Source: Malacoraja senta (lineage: Eukaryota). Taken from it: DNA of 64,000 bases. Positions 22,854-35,237 of this stretch are shown here, piece after piece; the stretch's first letter is position 1; every line of letters begins with the position of its first letter. The DNA lies in contig CM075985.1 of the NCBI GenBank assembly GCA_038087875.1, positions 6,138,001 to 6,202,000 on the forward strand, in the 5' to 3' direction. The notes below the pieces were generated by a model. That model was not told the origin of the DNA. It saw only the letters and a list, made by a program, of their open reading frames with translations, and did not search any database. The translations under genes were made by a program, and so were the position numbers.

Positions 22854-23425
22854 TGTTACGGCCGCCAAAATTAAATACTTCAAAGGCCAATAACATAATA
22901 CAAAACCAGGTTCAAATGGAAATATTATTTATTTTTCACTAACAAAAAGAACTAAAACCTGGATCAAACAGAGGGGGGGGGGGGTGTTGGATGGGCTAGC
23001 AAACAAAAGATAAAGGGTGCTCTGGCCGACCACTCAATGGGCCGTCGGACCAGAGAGACTAAACCTGCATCAGTGTTAAAATAAACCTGAAACAAAACCA
23101 CGAAAACAATAATGCCAGTCCCATCCTTCCCAAGCAAAATAAGTTAATACAGAATGAAGAGTTACATAAAGAACACTATGCAATCAAACAAACTAAACCA
23201 ACACCAGACTGCTGCCACCAGTCTGAGGGGGAAAAGAGAGACAGAGAGAGAGACTGCCAGTCACATGGTCTTTTAAAGCTGAGGCCCCGTCATCAGGCTC
23301 ACGTGATGCAGCTTGGGCCAGAAGCCTCCAATCAGGTCAGGAGCAGCCAGGCAGCAGGAGGTACTAATGGTAATCAGAGAAACAGGTTAGTACATAATTA
23401 ACACCAGCAGAGGGAGCGCATAACA
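22854..23425 (-). repeat. 5' LTR (572 bp)
   Basis: TG..CA termini; on the - strand a TATA-like ctttaaaag and an AATAAA at 22928-33. Confidence 0.95.
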
Positions 23426-24647
23426 CCGTCGAAGAAGTACTGAAGGTACTGTAGTGTATGAAGGTAGACAAATCTCCAGGGCCTGATCAGATATATGCGA
23501 GGACATTGCGGGAAACTTGAGAGGAAATTGCTAGAGCCGCGGTTGAAATTTACGAGTTGTCCTTAAATACAGGAGAGGTGCCGGAAGACTGGAGGGTGGC
23601 AAATGTTGTGCCTCTTTTCAATAAGGGCTGCAGAAAAAATGCTGGGAACTATAGGCCGGTGAGCTTAACATCTGTAGTTGGAAAGTTACTGGAGGGTATT
23701 CTGAGGGACACGGTTATACAGGCATTTGGATGGGCAAGGTCTGATTAGGGATAGTCAGCGTGGTTTTGTACGTGGGAGGTCGTGTCTCACAAATCTGATT
23801 GATTTTTTTGAAGATGTGACCAAAAAGGACGATGAGGGCAGAGCTGTAGATGTTGTGTACATGGATTTCAGTAAGGTATTCAACAAGGTTCCGCATTGTG
23901 GGCTGCTCTGGAAGGTTTGATCGCATGGGATTCAGGGAGAGATAGCTGAATGGATAGCAAATTGGCTCCATGGAAGGAAGCAGAGGGTGATGGTGGAAGG
24001 TTGCTTCTCAGACTGGAGGCCTGTGACTAGTGGTGTGCCTCAAGTTTTGATGGTGGGCCCGTTACTGTTTGTCATCTACAGAACATACAGGGCAAGATCT
24101 ATGAGAACATACAGGGCAAGATTAGCAAGTTTACCGATGATACAAAAGTGAGTGGTTTTGCAGATAGTGAAGATGGTTGTGAAAGATTGCAGCAGGATCT
24201 GGATCGATTGGCCAGGAATGGTTGATGGTATTTAATACAGAGAAGTGTAAGGTGTTGCATTTTGGGAAGTCGAACAAGAGCAAGACCTACAGAGTAAATG
24301 GTAGGCCTCTGGGTAGTGTTGTAGAGCAGAGGGGTCTAGTACAGGTGCATTGTAAACTCTAAATTTGTCAATTAACTCTTGGTTCTTCCTTAAAAAATTG
24401 AAATCCAGACATGTCATAAAATTATTTGTCCATGCTCCTTTCTCCTTGGCTCATATCACTCATTGCTTGCTTCTCTCTGCATTTTTTTTCTGCAATTTCT
24501 CAATTTCATATTTGTTACCACACAGTGGCTGTTTCCTTATTAATGTAATTCATGTTTACTCTCCACCTCTACTGATCTATTGCACGGTGAACAGAGGTTT
24601 CTCTCCATGAGGACTTAGGGCAGACTCGCAGACAGTCACAGCTGTAA

Positions 24648-25140
24648 ACACAGAAACATAGAAAATAGGTGCAGGAGTAGGCCATTCGGCCCTTCGAGCC
24701 TGCACCGCCATTCAATATGATCATGGCTGATCATCCAACTCAGTATCCCGTACCTGCCTTCTCTCCATACCCTCTGATACCTTTAGCCACAAGGGCCACA
24801 TCTAACTCCCTCTTAAATATAGCCAATGAACTGGCCTCAACTACCCTCTGTGGCAGAGAATTCCAGAGATTCACCACTCTCTGTGTGAAAAATGTTTTTC
24901 TCATCTCAGTCCTAAAAGATTTCCCCCTTATCCTTAAAATGTGACCCCTTGTTCTGGACTTCCCCAACATCGGGAACAATCTTCCTGCATCTAGCCTGTC
25001 CAACCCCTTAAGAATTTTGTAAGTTTCTATAAGATCCCCCCCTCAATCTTCTAAATTCTAGCGAGTACAAGCCAAGTCTATCCAGTCTTTCTTCATGTGA
25101 AAGTCCTGACATCCCAGGAATCAGTCTGGTGAACCTTCTC
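24648..25140 (-). mobile_element. CR1 LINE 3' end (same subfamily as 11439-12932 and 47112-47412)
   Basis: Near-identical to 11445-11930; (tatgtttc)n tail. Confidence 0.9.
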
Positions 25141-25317
25141 TGGCAGTTGCAGTTCCAGCACCTTGTTATGTATCAGTGCGTAAAGATGCCATCCCCATCT
25201 TATTGCTTGGTTACTAACTGCAAAAAACATGCTTCTTGGGAAAAGAATTGAAAAACACCTACACCTAGCCTCACAAATCAACACATTCTTTCCATTCCTG
25301 TAATAATCATAACTAAA

Positions 25318-26395
25318 ACATAGAACAGTACAGCACTGGAACAGGCCCTTTTTTGTCGATCACAATGCCAAATCTAAACGAATCCCATCTTCCCTGCCTA
25401 CTCACGTGTCTATCTAAATACCTCTTTAATATTGTTACCATATCTGCTTCTACTGCCTCCCTCCAGAGCACATAACCATATAACCATATAACCATTACAG
25501 CACGGAAACAGGCCATCTCGGCCCTTCAAGTCCGTGCCGAACATTTTTTATTATTTTTTATTTTTTTATTTTTTTTAAATAAATACTTCCCCCTGGTCCC
25601 ATCTACCTGCACTCAGACCATAACCCTCCATTCCTTTCCCGTCCATATACCCATCCAATCTATTTTTAAAGGATAAAATCGAACCTGCCTCCACCACTTC
25701 CACTGGAAGCTCATTCCACACAGCTACCACTCTCTGAGTAAAGAAGTTCCCCATAATGTTACCCCTAAACTTCTGTCCCTTAATTCTCACGTCATGTCCC
25801 CTTGTTTGAATCTTCCCTACTCTCAATGGAAAAAGCTTATCCACGTCAACTCTGTCTAACCCGCTCATAATTTTAAAGACCTCTATCAAGTCCCCTCTTA
25901 ACCTTCTGCGCTCCAAAGAATAAAGACCTAACTTGTTCAACCTTTCTCTGTAACTTAGTTGCTGAAACCCAGGCAACATTCTAGTAAATCTCCTCTGTAC
26001 TCTCTCTATTTTGTTGACATCCTTCCTATAATTAGGCGATCAAAATTGTACTCCATACTCCAGAATTGGCCTCACCAATGCCTTGTACAATTTTAACATT
26101 ACATCCCAACTTCTATATTCAATGCTCTGATTTATAAAGGCCAGCACCCCAAAAGCTTTCTTTACCACCCTATCTACATGAGATTCCACCTTCAGGGAAC
26201 TATGCACAGTTATTCCTAGATCCCTCTGTTCAACTGCATTCCTCAATTCTCTACCATTTACCATGTACGTCCTATTTTGATTTGTCCTGCCGAGATGTAG
26301 TACCTTCCAGGCAACTACCATGCTCTGTGTTTTAATACAAAATATGCCTTGGAAATCTCCTTTAAACTTTCCACCTTTCACTTTAAACCTAGTGT
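25318..26395 (-). mobile_element. Two nested CR1 3' fragments (younger copy ~25471-26302)
   Basis: ORFs 25575..25979 and 26040..26381 are CR1 ORF2 C-terminus; an 8-bp (ataaccat)n tail lies at 25471-25496. Confidence 0.85.
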
Positions 26396-27007
26396 TTGAG
26401 ATATTTTAAGCCGTCATCAAATCCATATTATTGTTTTTTTGGTTGTATGTAATGACAATGTTCCCAAATTCTCATTTCAACCAAGATTTAGTCTTGATAT
26501 ATTTTGTTTGAGGTATTGTTCACATCACAGATATGTGCACTCAGATTTTAGCTTCCATTTGGTTCTGTGCTTTCATAGATCATTAAAATATGTTTTAACT
26601 ATTTATAAAAAACCATACAAAACTGCTGGCTTATTAATTTACTTTGGCAGTTATCTCCAGTTCTGCTTAATCGGCAAGATGTTTAAATTTGGCCACTGGG
26701 TGGAAAACGAGAACGGTGAAATCAAATGTACAAAAGTAATAATCTAATCTGACTGCCTTAAGGTTAGTTAAGTCAAATACATGAAATGGAATTTAATTTG
26801 TAATAAAAAAGCTTATAACTATTTTTCTATAAACTATAAATTCATAACCAAATGCAAGTTAAAATTTAAATGCACTTAACTATCATGTTAACAATATCTC
26901 AGCCTTATCAAACTGGATTTTAAAATAACATGAGATTTGGTTTGATAATGAGAGTGTTGGTCACTTTGTTACATTATGGCACTGCAGGCCAGTATTTCTT
27001 GGAGGTT

Positions 27008-27160
27008 GCATCTCGGGAGAGAAGGAATGGGTGACGTTTCGGGTCGTGAACGACCCGAAACGTCACCCATTCCTTCTCTCCAGAGATGCTGCCTGTCCCG
27101 CTGAGTTACTCCAGCATTTTGTGTCTCTTCGATTTAAACCAGCATCTGCAGTTCTTTCCT
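27008..27160. repeat. Penelope terminal-repeat fold-back with a near-perfect hairpin
   Basis: 27008-27089: 40-bp inverted arms, one mismatch, 2-nt spacer. Confidence 0.85.
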
Positions 27161-28494
27161 ACACATTTTTTAGAGGTTGTCAGCAATGGTTTAATCTGCA
27201 ACATTATTCTTTGAAAACACTATACAGGTATTACTTTCTTTTTAACATAATTTATCTGTGTAATGTTTTCCAAGCTAAAAGCGACTTTGCAAGATGTATG
27301 TTTAAAAAATAATTGATCATCATTATTCTATAAATTTGTGGATGGCATACTATCAGCTGTCATTGAGAATGCTTGATATGTTGAGTGTGATAGGTGTTTT
27401 GCTGACAAATTGGAAGTTTCTAATATTTGAGTAAAAACCATCGTCTCCCTTGACTAGGAAATGTTTGCCATATTTGCAAAATGAAGCAGTGGAAGGTGAT
27501 TTAATATGTTTTTACATCATCGAATTGCACTATGACACTCTTATATGGCACATGGCTTATTATGCCTTGCTGTTAATGTTGAATTTACTGACAGGAGTTG
27601 ATGGTGGAGAAGGTGGGCAATTTTAATTCATCCGCCACTTCACAGAGGCTGATATGTTGTCATTATTGACCCCATTAAAATCTCGCTACTTTTATGCAGC
27701 CAATGCCAGTGCGTTAATGACTGAGGCATTCCTGGTTTGACATTGATTCATAGTGTCCAACTACAAGGTCACAAACTGTTGGAGGAACTTAGTAGATCGA
27801 GCAGCATCTGTGCAAGGGGGTGGAGGAGGAATTATTGATGTTTTGCATTAAGACCAAGTTCAGATGCAGAGTCTTGATCTGAATTGTCAACAATTTCCAC
27901 CTCACCATCCCTCCATCACCGCACAGATGTTGCTCGATCTGTTGTGTTCCTCCAGCAATTTGCTTTTTGTATCAAGTTTGGTTTATTTTGTTGATGCATT
28001 CGTTAAACTTACCACTTCACTGTTGCTCGTAAGTCCAGGAAACTGTGTCTCCACATCTACTTTTGACTGAAACAAAGGATGGTAAGGCTTATAGAGGGTT
28101 ATTTTATTTGCTTCTGGTAATTGCTGTTTTTTGAATATCTCCACATAGAGGGTCAATACTCAACAGTGGATAAAGATCATCTACTTGGCAGATTTAACCT
28201 GGCCAACAACACAATGGTAGCAGGCATGAATTAAAGAATTGTCTTCTATCCATAGTGTTCCTATAAAGCAGATGGAGCCTATTAGGTGGCCACCAGGTTC
28301 CCCAAGCTGGTTCCATCTGCCTTTGTCTGCCTCCATCTATTATCCACCTGCCTCTGTGCCCCAACTCCGCCCCTCCCCCGTCACTGCCTGGCTCCATCTG
28401 CCCTTTCATCCTCCACCCTTCTCAGTCCACCAATCACCCACTGCTCCTTTCTCAACATTCCCCCTATCTTTATACTGACTATCATTCATCTCCA

Positions 28495-29140
28495 CTCTTA
28501 GTCCTAATGTAGGGTCTTAAACCAAAATGTCAACAAATCCTTCTTCCCCAACAGATGTTGCTTGACCCACTGTGTTCCTCAGTCTGATGAAGGGTCCTGA
28601 CCTGAAACATTGCCTGTCCATTCCCTGTTCTTCCTTTACTTTGTGTTTTCCTCAAACAGTTTATTGCCCCAAATTACAACATCTGCAAACCTTTGTCATA
28701 CAACATGGAAACAGCCCCTTCAGCTCAACTAGCCCTTGCCATCCAATATGCCCATCTACACTACTCCCCCCTGCCCTTGTTTGGCCCATATTCCTCTGAA
28801 CCTTTCCTATCCATGTACTTGTCCAAATGTCTTTTAAATGTTGTTATAGTATCTGCCTCAATTACCTCCTCTGGCACCTCGCATCATATACCCACTCTGC
28901 GTGGAAAAAGTTGTCCCTCGGGTTCCTATTGAATCTTTCTCCTCTAGTCTTAAACATTTGACCTCTGGTTCTTGATTCCCGTACTCTGGGTAAAAGACTC
29001 TGCATTCACCCTATTTATTCCCCTCATGATCTTGTAAATCTCCAAGAAATGAAGTCGTAGCCTGCCCAACCTCTCCCTATAGCTCAGGCCCTCAAGTCCT
29101 GGCAATATCCTCGTAAATCTCTCTGCACTTTTTGCAGCTT
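28495..29140. repeat. Two tandem decayed Penelope terminal repeats (+) followed by a CR1 3' fragment (-)
   Basis: gtcctaatgtagggtct..aaaatgtcaac and gtctgatgaagggtcctgacctgaaac; CR1 tail from ~28700. Confidence 0.65.
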
Positions 29141-29954
29141 AGTTGGTGTTACCATATGTTTGTTGTTCTCATTCATCTTGCTGGCAAAGGTTGGGAGTTT
29201 GGGAGATGCTATCAGAGTGATCTGATGCCTGAGTCTATTTAGTACACGGTGCCTACTGTTTTAGCCAGCTAGAGCATTATGCATGTTTTTCCTGACTTTT
29301 CCAAATGCTTGGCTGTAAATAGTATCTAAAAGTGCTGTCTGCACATAGAAAACTCCAATGTTCAAATGTATGGTTGGTATTCGTACTTAACTGTCAGCAC
29401 CTAGTATCAAGAGTGCCTGCATGCAATATTGTAGGTACTTAATCCACCTCCTTTCTAGTTCCATGAAAAAGTTGGCAATAAATTAATAATGTTGGGATGA
29501 GAGACCCGAAACGTCACCCATCCTTTTACTCCAGAGATGCTGCCCAACCTGCTGAGTTACTTCAGCACTGTGTGTCTATCTATGGAAATCCACAAAGGTG
29601 GAGACTTGAGGTCTCGTACATCCTACACTTTCACAATTTTTTCATTTTCTTATGTGCTGTACAGTGCACATGGCAACTTCGTCTGAAGTAGTAGTTAGCT
29701 TTGAGGGTTTTTACTACATTTCGGTGTGAACAGCATTACTGTAAACACCTCATTTGGGGTATCTGGCATAACTCTGCACATGTCCAATTAAAGGATCCAA
29801 TTATAGGTTCACATTAATTGATTTGTTTTACATCCAATCAAGCCCAGCTGCTTCACTGTTTTTTTTAATATCCTAATTTTGTCTAAGAGATCAGTCGTGA
29901 TAAATGGTCTGGTAAACTCAGAATGACCCTTTGCAAAAAAAAATATTGAATTTA

Positions 29955-31260
29955 AGAACATAAGAAATGTTGGAGGAGGCCATACAGCCCCTCCTGTTCC
30001 TGTGCCATTCAACAATCAACAGCTGTTATCTTCCCCCCCCCCCCCCCCCCCGGACCACTTCACTGTGCAAAGGAGATCATAAAAAGATTGAACGTATTTG
30101 ACGTGCAGGAAGCATACTTTATTTTGTTATCAATATAAGACACTTAATTCCCTTGATATCTAAAAATCAGTGAGTCTCTTCAGTGACTATACTGAGCTTC
30201 CTCATCCACCTTGAGTATGGGATTCCAAAGATTCACTATCCTCTGGGTGAAGAAATGTCTTCTTGTCTCTGTTTTGAATGGCTTGCCCTTTATTTTCAGA
30301 CATCCCAGCCAAAGGAAACAGCATCCCTGCATCGGTTTCTCCGCATATTACAAACCTGCCATTTACGAGATTGATACTATTTGCCACTTCACATATAGAT
30401 GGAGCAAATCAGCCCTACCTTGCACTCAAATCTTCTGACAATAAAGGGTGTTGTACCATTTTGCTTCCTAATTGATTGCTGTTCCTGCATGTTAACATGA
30501 AGTGATTTGTGTTTAAAGCACAAATGGACACGGGCGTTCAATACTAACACTTTCAATTGCTCATCATTTAAAAATTTACATTGCCTTTCTATCACTCCTC
30601 CCAAAATCAATAACTGATACTTTCCATATTATGTTTCATCTGTCATTCATTTAAGTTGTGTCTCTCAACCTGAAACTTCTCTACATCCTCCTGCAATTGA
30701 GCGTTTAATCCATTAGCAAATTAAATATAGTGCACTTAATACCCTTATTGAAGTAATAAATGTATATTGCAAATAGCTGGGGCCTCTACATTGTTTCATG
30801 CAATACCCTCTATTTACATTCTCCCAACCCAAAACTGACATGTAATCCCACCTCTTTTATTTCTATCTGTTAACCGATCCTCAATCCACACAATTGTATT
30901 ACCTCCAAAACCATGCACTTAAACTTGGTTTAACAATCTCTTGTATGGTGCCCTTTGAAAGTCCAAATACACTATATCAACCAGTTCATTCGTATCCATT
31001 TTACTCATTTCAGCGTCAAGAAATCCAACAGTCGGCACCAACAGGCCCTTGCTCTTATTCAAAATAACATCCCTTTAAAAAAAATTCTTAACTCTACCCA
31101 ATCCTGCTTTTGTTTTTGGTGACCTTTTACGACTTCCTTAATAATAGATTCTAGGTAATGTTGATAGCAAATCAACAGTTCCATGGTTTCTCTTTCCCTT
31201 CTTTCTAAAATAATGGGATTACTCTTTCTACTCCTAATGTTGGATTGCTTCATCGCCTTG
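29955..31260 (-). mobile_element. Old, heavily decayed CR1 fragments
   Basis: aagaacataagaaat..ggaggccat tail and residual ORF2-like sequence. Confidence 0.6.
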
Positions 31261-31919
31261 GTTAAAACTTAACCATTGTTTTAGGATAAGCTTGTGAAAA
31301 ATGTGACAACGCGGTGCATGCTCAGTTTCATGGATTAATTGCTGAGTATTCAGATCGATTTCTTGCAGTGAGAGCTGAGTTGATTGGAGCAACTGATAAT
31401 TTCTGTTTTTAATTTGGACTTGCAATAATAGTTTGTCACCTACTCTCAGTAAGACATGTAAGTTTGTAGATTAATTAGCTTCAGTAAATTATCCCTAGTG
31501 TATAGGATAGAACTAGTCTTCGTGTGGTTGCTGGTCGGCATGGACTCGGTGGGCCGAAATGCCTGTTTCCACGCTGTATCACTAAACTAAACTGCAAAAT
31601 GTTTTCATTGAAAACATTCAATGTAATCATCACAAACCCTAGTTCTTTGGCTTTATCAGATTGTATTGACTTTCACTTCCATAGCAGAGTTTATTTCTTT
31701 TGGTTAACCTTTTGAATCATTCAGTGAAAATGTCACAAGTCTCAGGTGGTCCCGCTAAATCTTTAGCTACATTTGGGTCTTCTGAGAAACTGTCCACTTT
31801 AAGCAATGATCAATTAAGTTAGTGTGATCAATTTTAATTACTGTGGGTTGGTATTCAGTTTTCCCAGTGGCATTAAAAGAAGACTTTAATTTCTGGAGCA
31901 AATATCATTACCTTGGGAC

Positions 31920-32266
31920 ATCCCTAGATGATAAGCACTCACTTAATTAGTTTTGACATGTGGTCATTGTTGAAATACAAGAAACGCAGCGGTTAGTTTT
32001 ATACATAGCGTGGTCCTAAAAATGTTATAATACCAGACAATATTTTTAGGATGAATCTCAGGTTTTTTTCAGGTCATACAAGCAAAGCGTTTGAGTAGGC
32101 CTTTAGTTTAACTTTTCTTTTGTAAGACAGCATCTCCAACAAATTTGCTGCATGACTCACTCAGCACTCTGCCACGACCTTTATGTTCAATGCTCAAGTG
32201 TGACTTGAAATCATAACCTTCTGACTCACAACTAAGTGTGTTCCCAAATGAGCCCCAGCTGACACT
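31920..32266 (-). mobile_element. Decayed ancient tRNA-derived SINE (DeuSINE/SacSINE-like)
   Basis: On the - strand a tRNA-like head (gtgtcagctg..tgagtcagaaggttatgatttcaagtcac) is followed by a body resembling shark DeuSINE-type repeats; recognised from memory only. Confidence 0.5.
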
Positions 32267-33784
32267 GATATAACAGTAATAATATACAGTAATAGTTGAT
32301 GATAGCAACCGAATCGCATTCTATTTCATAAGTGACCTCTTGCATTACCATGGACTTTTTTTTCTAATTGTGTTTTACTGCCTTGCAAAATGTTGTGTAA
32401 TATATGCATAATTTGTGCGTAATTTATGTATGGTTTATGTTTGTATGTGTCGGTCTGAGTCCATGTGCAGGTGATGCTACTGCAAGCAAGATTTACATTG
32501 TATCAGACAGTACTTGCGCATATGATAATAAACTTGACTTGCCCACGATTGAATAAACTGAGAAGTTTGGGCCATGTGCAAAGGACAGCTGATTTGCTTC
32601 TGAACATGGATATAAGAATGATATTGAACTTGTTTACCTTTTGTACAATAATTGTAGATGTCCATTGGTCTTTTGTTACTAATTAATCTTTTCACAAGAG
32701 TCAAGGTAAACATGAGCAGGTATTAAGAGTGTAGCAAGATGGACATGGTCTAAGTCCGATTATTATCATTCTTTATTCTTGCCGACTAATTGCAGAGATT
32801 TTGAACTAACCTTGTGCCTGAGTGTTAAAGACAAACACATTTTGCCAGAATTTACTTGCGTGTGCTAATGTAATGTACTGGGGAAGCACCCAGGTTTGAA
32901 CTTATGACTGTTTCTTTGTCAGGTCCATTTGCCTCATTGGTATGATGGAAAATGTGGTGATAAATTTGTTGGATACCAAAGCTGATCTAAACAAGCTTGC
33001 CGCGATGGAATTGTAGCAGCTACCAGTTTGTTTTGGAGTAGCAGGGGCATGAGTGGACATACGTATTTCTCCGGACCGATTGAGCTTCCAGAGATAAAAA
33101 CTTACTGAAGTTGTGAAAAACTCTTGAGAAATCTATATTTCAGTTAAAACACAAAGTGCTGGAGGAACTCAGTGGGTCAGGCAGCATCTGTGGAGGAATT
33201 GACAGTCAACATTTCAGGCCAGGGCCCTTCTTCAGACTAATAGGAGAAGCAGGAAGAAAACTGGAAAAGGGAGCTGGGGGTGGGATAAAACCTGGCAAGT
33301 GATAGGTGGGTGGAGGTGAGGAGGAGAGGATGGTGGTGATTGCTAGATGGGTGGGGTGGTGAATTTGTGGAAATCAATGCCAGAGATGGGAGGCAGTATT
33401 TGGGTACTTTTAAAGCAGGGATTGACAGGTTCTTGATTATTAAGGGTGTCAAAGCTTACGGGGAGAAGGCAGGAGAATGGGGTTGAGAGGCAAATATAGT
33501 TCAGACATGATTGAATGGCAGCGTAAAGTCGATGAGCTAAATGGCCTAATTCTGCTCCTATGATTTATGAACATGAACTAAGTGACAAGGGTTTGAGATT
33601 GAAAACGAGATAAAGGGGTGTCAGATAAGGAGAGAAGATGAGGGGTGAAATGTAAAGCTGGAGGGATATGGGTGGAAGGGGACAAGGGTGGGGAAAGAGG
33701 GGAGGAGAAAAGGGAAATGTGGGACACGGGGATGGGGTATGAACGTACAAAAGAAGGGAAAGGAACAGGATGCATGGTGGCACA

Positions 33785-34117
33785 GGGCGGCACGTTGACA
33801 CAGCGGTAGAGTTGCTGCGTTACAGCGCTTGCAGCGCCCGAGACCCCGGTTCGTTCCCTACTACGGGTGCTGTCTGTACAGAGTTTGTACATTCTCCCCG
33901 TGGGTTTTCTCCGAGATCTTCGGTTTCCTCCCGCACTCCAAAGACGTACAAGTTTGTAGGTTAATTGGCTTGGTATAAGTAAATTGTCGCTATTGTGTGC
34001 AATGCAGCATTAATGTGCGGGGGGTCGCTGGTCGGTGTGGACTCGGTGGACCGAAGGGCCTGTTTCTGCGCTGTATCTCTGAACTAAACTAAACTAAACT
34101 AAAAAACTAAACTAAAC
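33785..34117 (+). mobile_element. V-SINE (HE1-like)
   Basis: tRNA-like head with A/B boxes, V core (gagtttgtacattctccccgtgggttttctcc..ggtttcctcc), CR1-like 3' end and (aaact)n tail. Confidence 0.85.
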
Positions 34118-34754
34118 GGATGACGAGGGTGTGGGGTGGGAAAAATGGAAACATTTACCAAATTGGATATTTTCTGTTTTATGAAAATGTTAAAACAGGG
34201 CAAAAAGTAAAAATAATCACTTCTGTGGAGTTATTTTCTACAAAGGAAGTCATTAAAATATTGAATGTGTTTGACATGCAGGAAGCATAGTTTATTTTGT
34301 TATCAACATAAGGCACTTAATATTATTTCTAATGAAATTCAGCACAGTTTTGATGCATTGGTAAACTCTTGCTCTGGAAGGGTTTATCAAGTTCTGACTG
34401 ATCACAGCGTGGCTTCTTTCAGACATCCTGACTCTCTAATTTCTCTCAGTAACGAGTTTTGTTCCGTGTAATAAAATATTCATGCTGAAATGGGTTTTAG
34501 ACTAATTATCTGCAGTCAACATTTGCTTGTGCAGTAATTTTCTGTTAGCTGGTGAGTTGATTAGTGATTCAGTGGTATAAACAGTCCTGTCTGGCTCAGT
34601 ACCTGCATGTTATCTGATATCTCGGATGGTTGGCTACATACATCGAACTTAATTCCCATTACTGTTGAGTCCTTGCTGCTGTAAAAGATTTCTGAAGAAA
34701 ATATAGCAGAAGCAAAGTAGTAAAAATAAAGTTTTTCTGCATAATGGGGACATT

Positions 34755-35051
34755 GGGCGGCCAGGTGGCGTAGCAATAGAGTTGCTACCTTACAATGCCA
34801 GAGACTGAGGGTTCGATCCTGACTATGGGTGCTGTCAGTACAGAGTTTGCATGTTGTTACACGTCTGTGGGTTTTCTCCGGGTGCTCCGGTTTCCTCCCA
34901 CATTCCAAAGACGTGCATATTTTTAGGTAAATTGGCCACTGTAAATCGTCCCTAGAGTCGAGGATAGAACTGGTGTACGGGGTGATCATTGGTCGATGTG
35001 GACAGTGGGCTGAAGAGCCTGTTTCCACACTTTCATTTAGCTAAACTAAAA
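34755..35051 (+). mobile_element. V-SINE (HE1-like)
   Basis: Same head, core and tail organisation as 33785-34117. Confidence 0.85.
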
Positions 35052-35237
35052 TATCTAACTCTTCTACGTTTTCACTTCTTGAAAACCCTTGTTAACGTCC
35101 TGTTAACCCTTACAGAGTGTTCTTTACCACAGGACCCACAATACTTTATGTTTTGGTAAGGCCATCTAATAGCTAATAGAGCAAAATATGTTGAACAACA
35201 GATTTGTTTGTACTCCAGTTAGTATATATTATTGAAG

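Larger units (their letters stand above)
17454..23425 (-). mobile_element. Full-length defective Ty3/gypsy LTR retrotransposon, Gmr1 clade (gag-PR-IN-RT-RH)
   Basis: Two LTRs with TGTTA..TAACA ends; 5-bp TSD ccgtc (17449-53 and 23426-30); PBS and PPT present; integrase lies upstream of a gypsy-type RT. Confidence 0.95.
17335..24352 (+). mobile_element. CR1 LINE ORF2 fragment interrupted by the LTR retrotransposon
   Basis: FDEYFSSVFTKEKD..VRVTV (left) continues as [42 protein letters not shown] (right, 23426-24352). Confidence 0.9.

Noticed and set aside
17454-23425. Ty1/copia element or endogenous retrovirus (IN before RT; tRNA-Pro PBS)
   Set aside because: RT, RNase H and GPY/F integrase motifs are gypsy-type, and there is no room for env between RNase H and the PPT.
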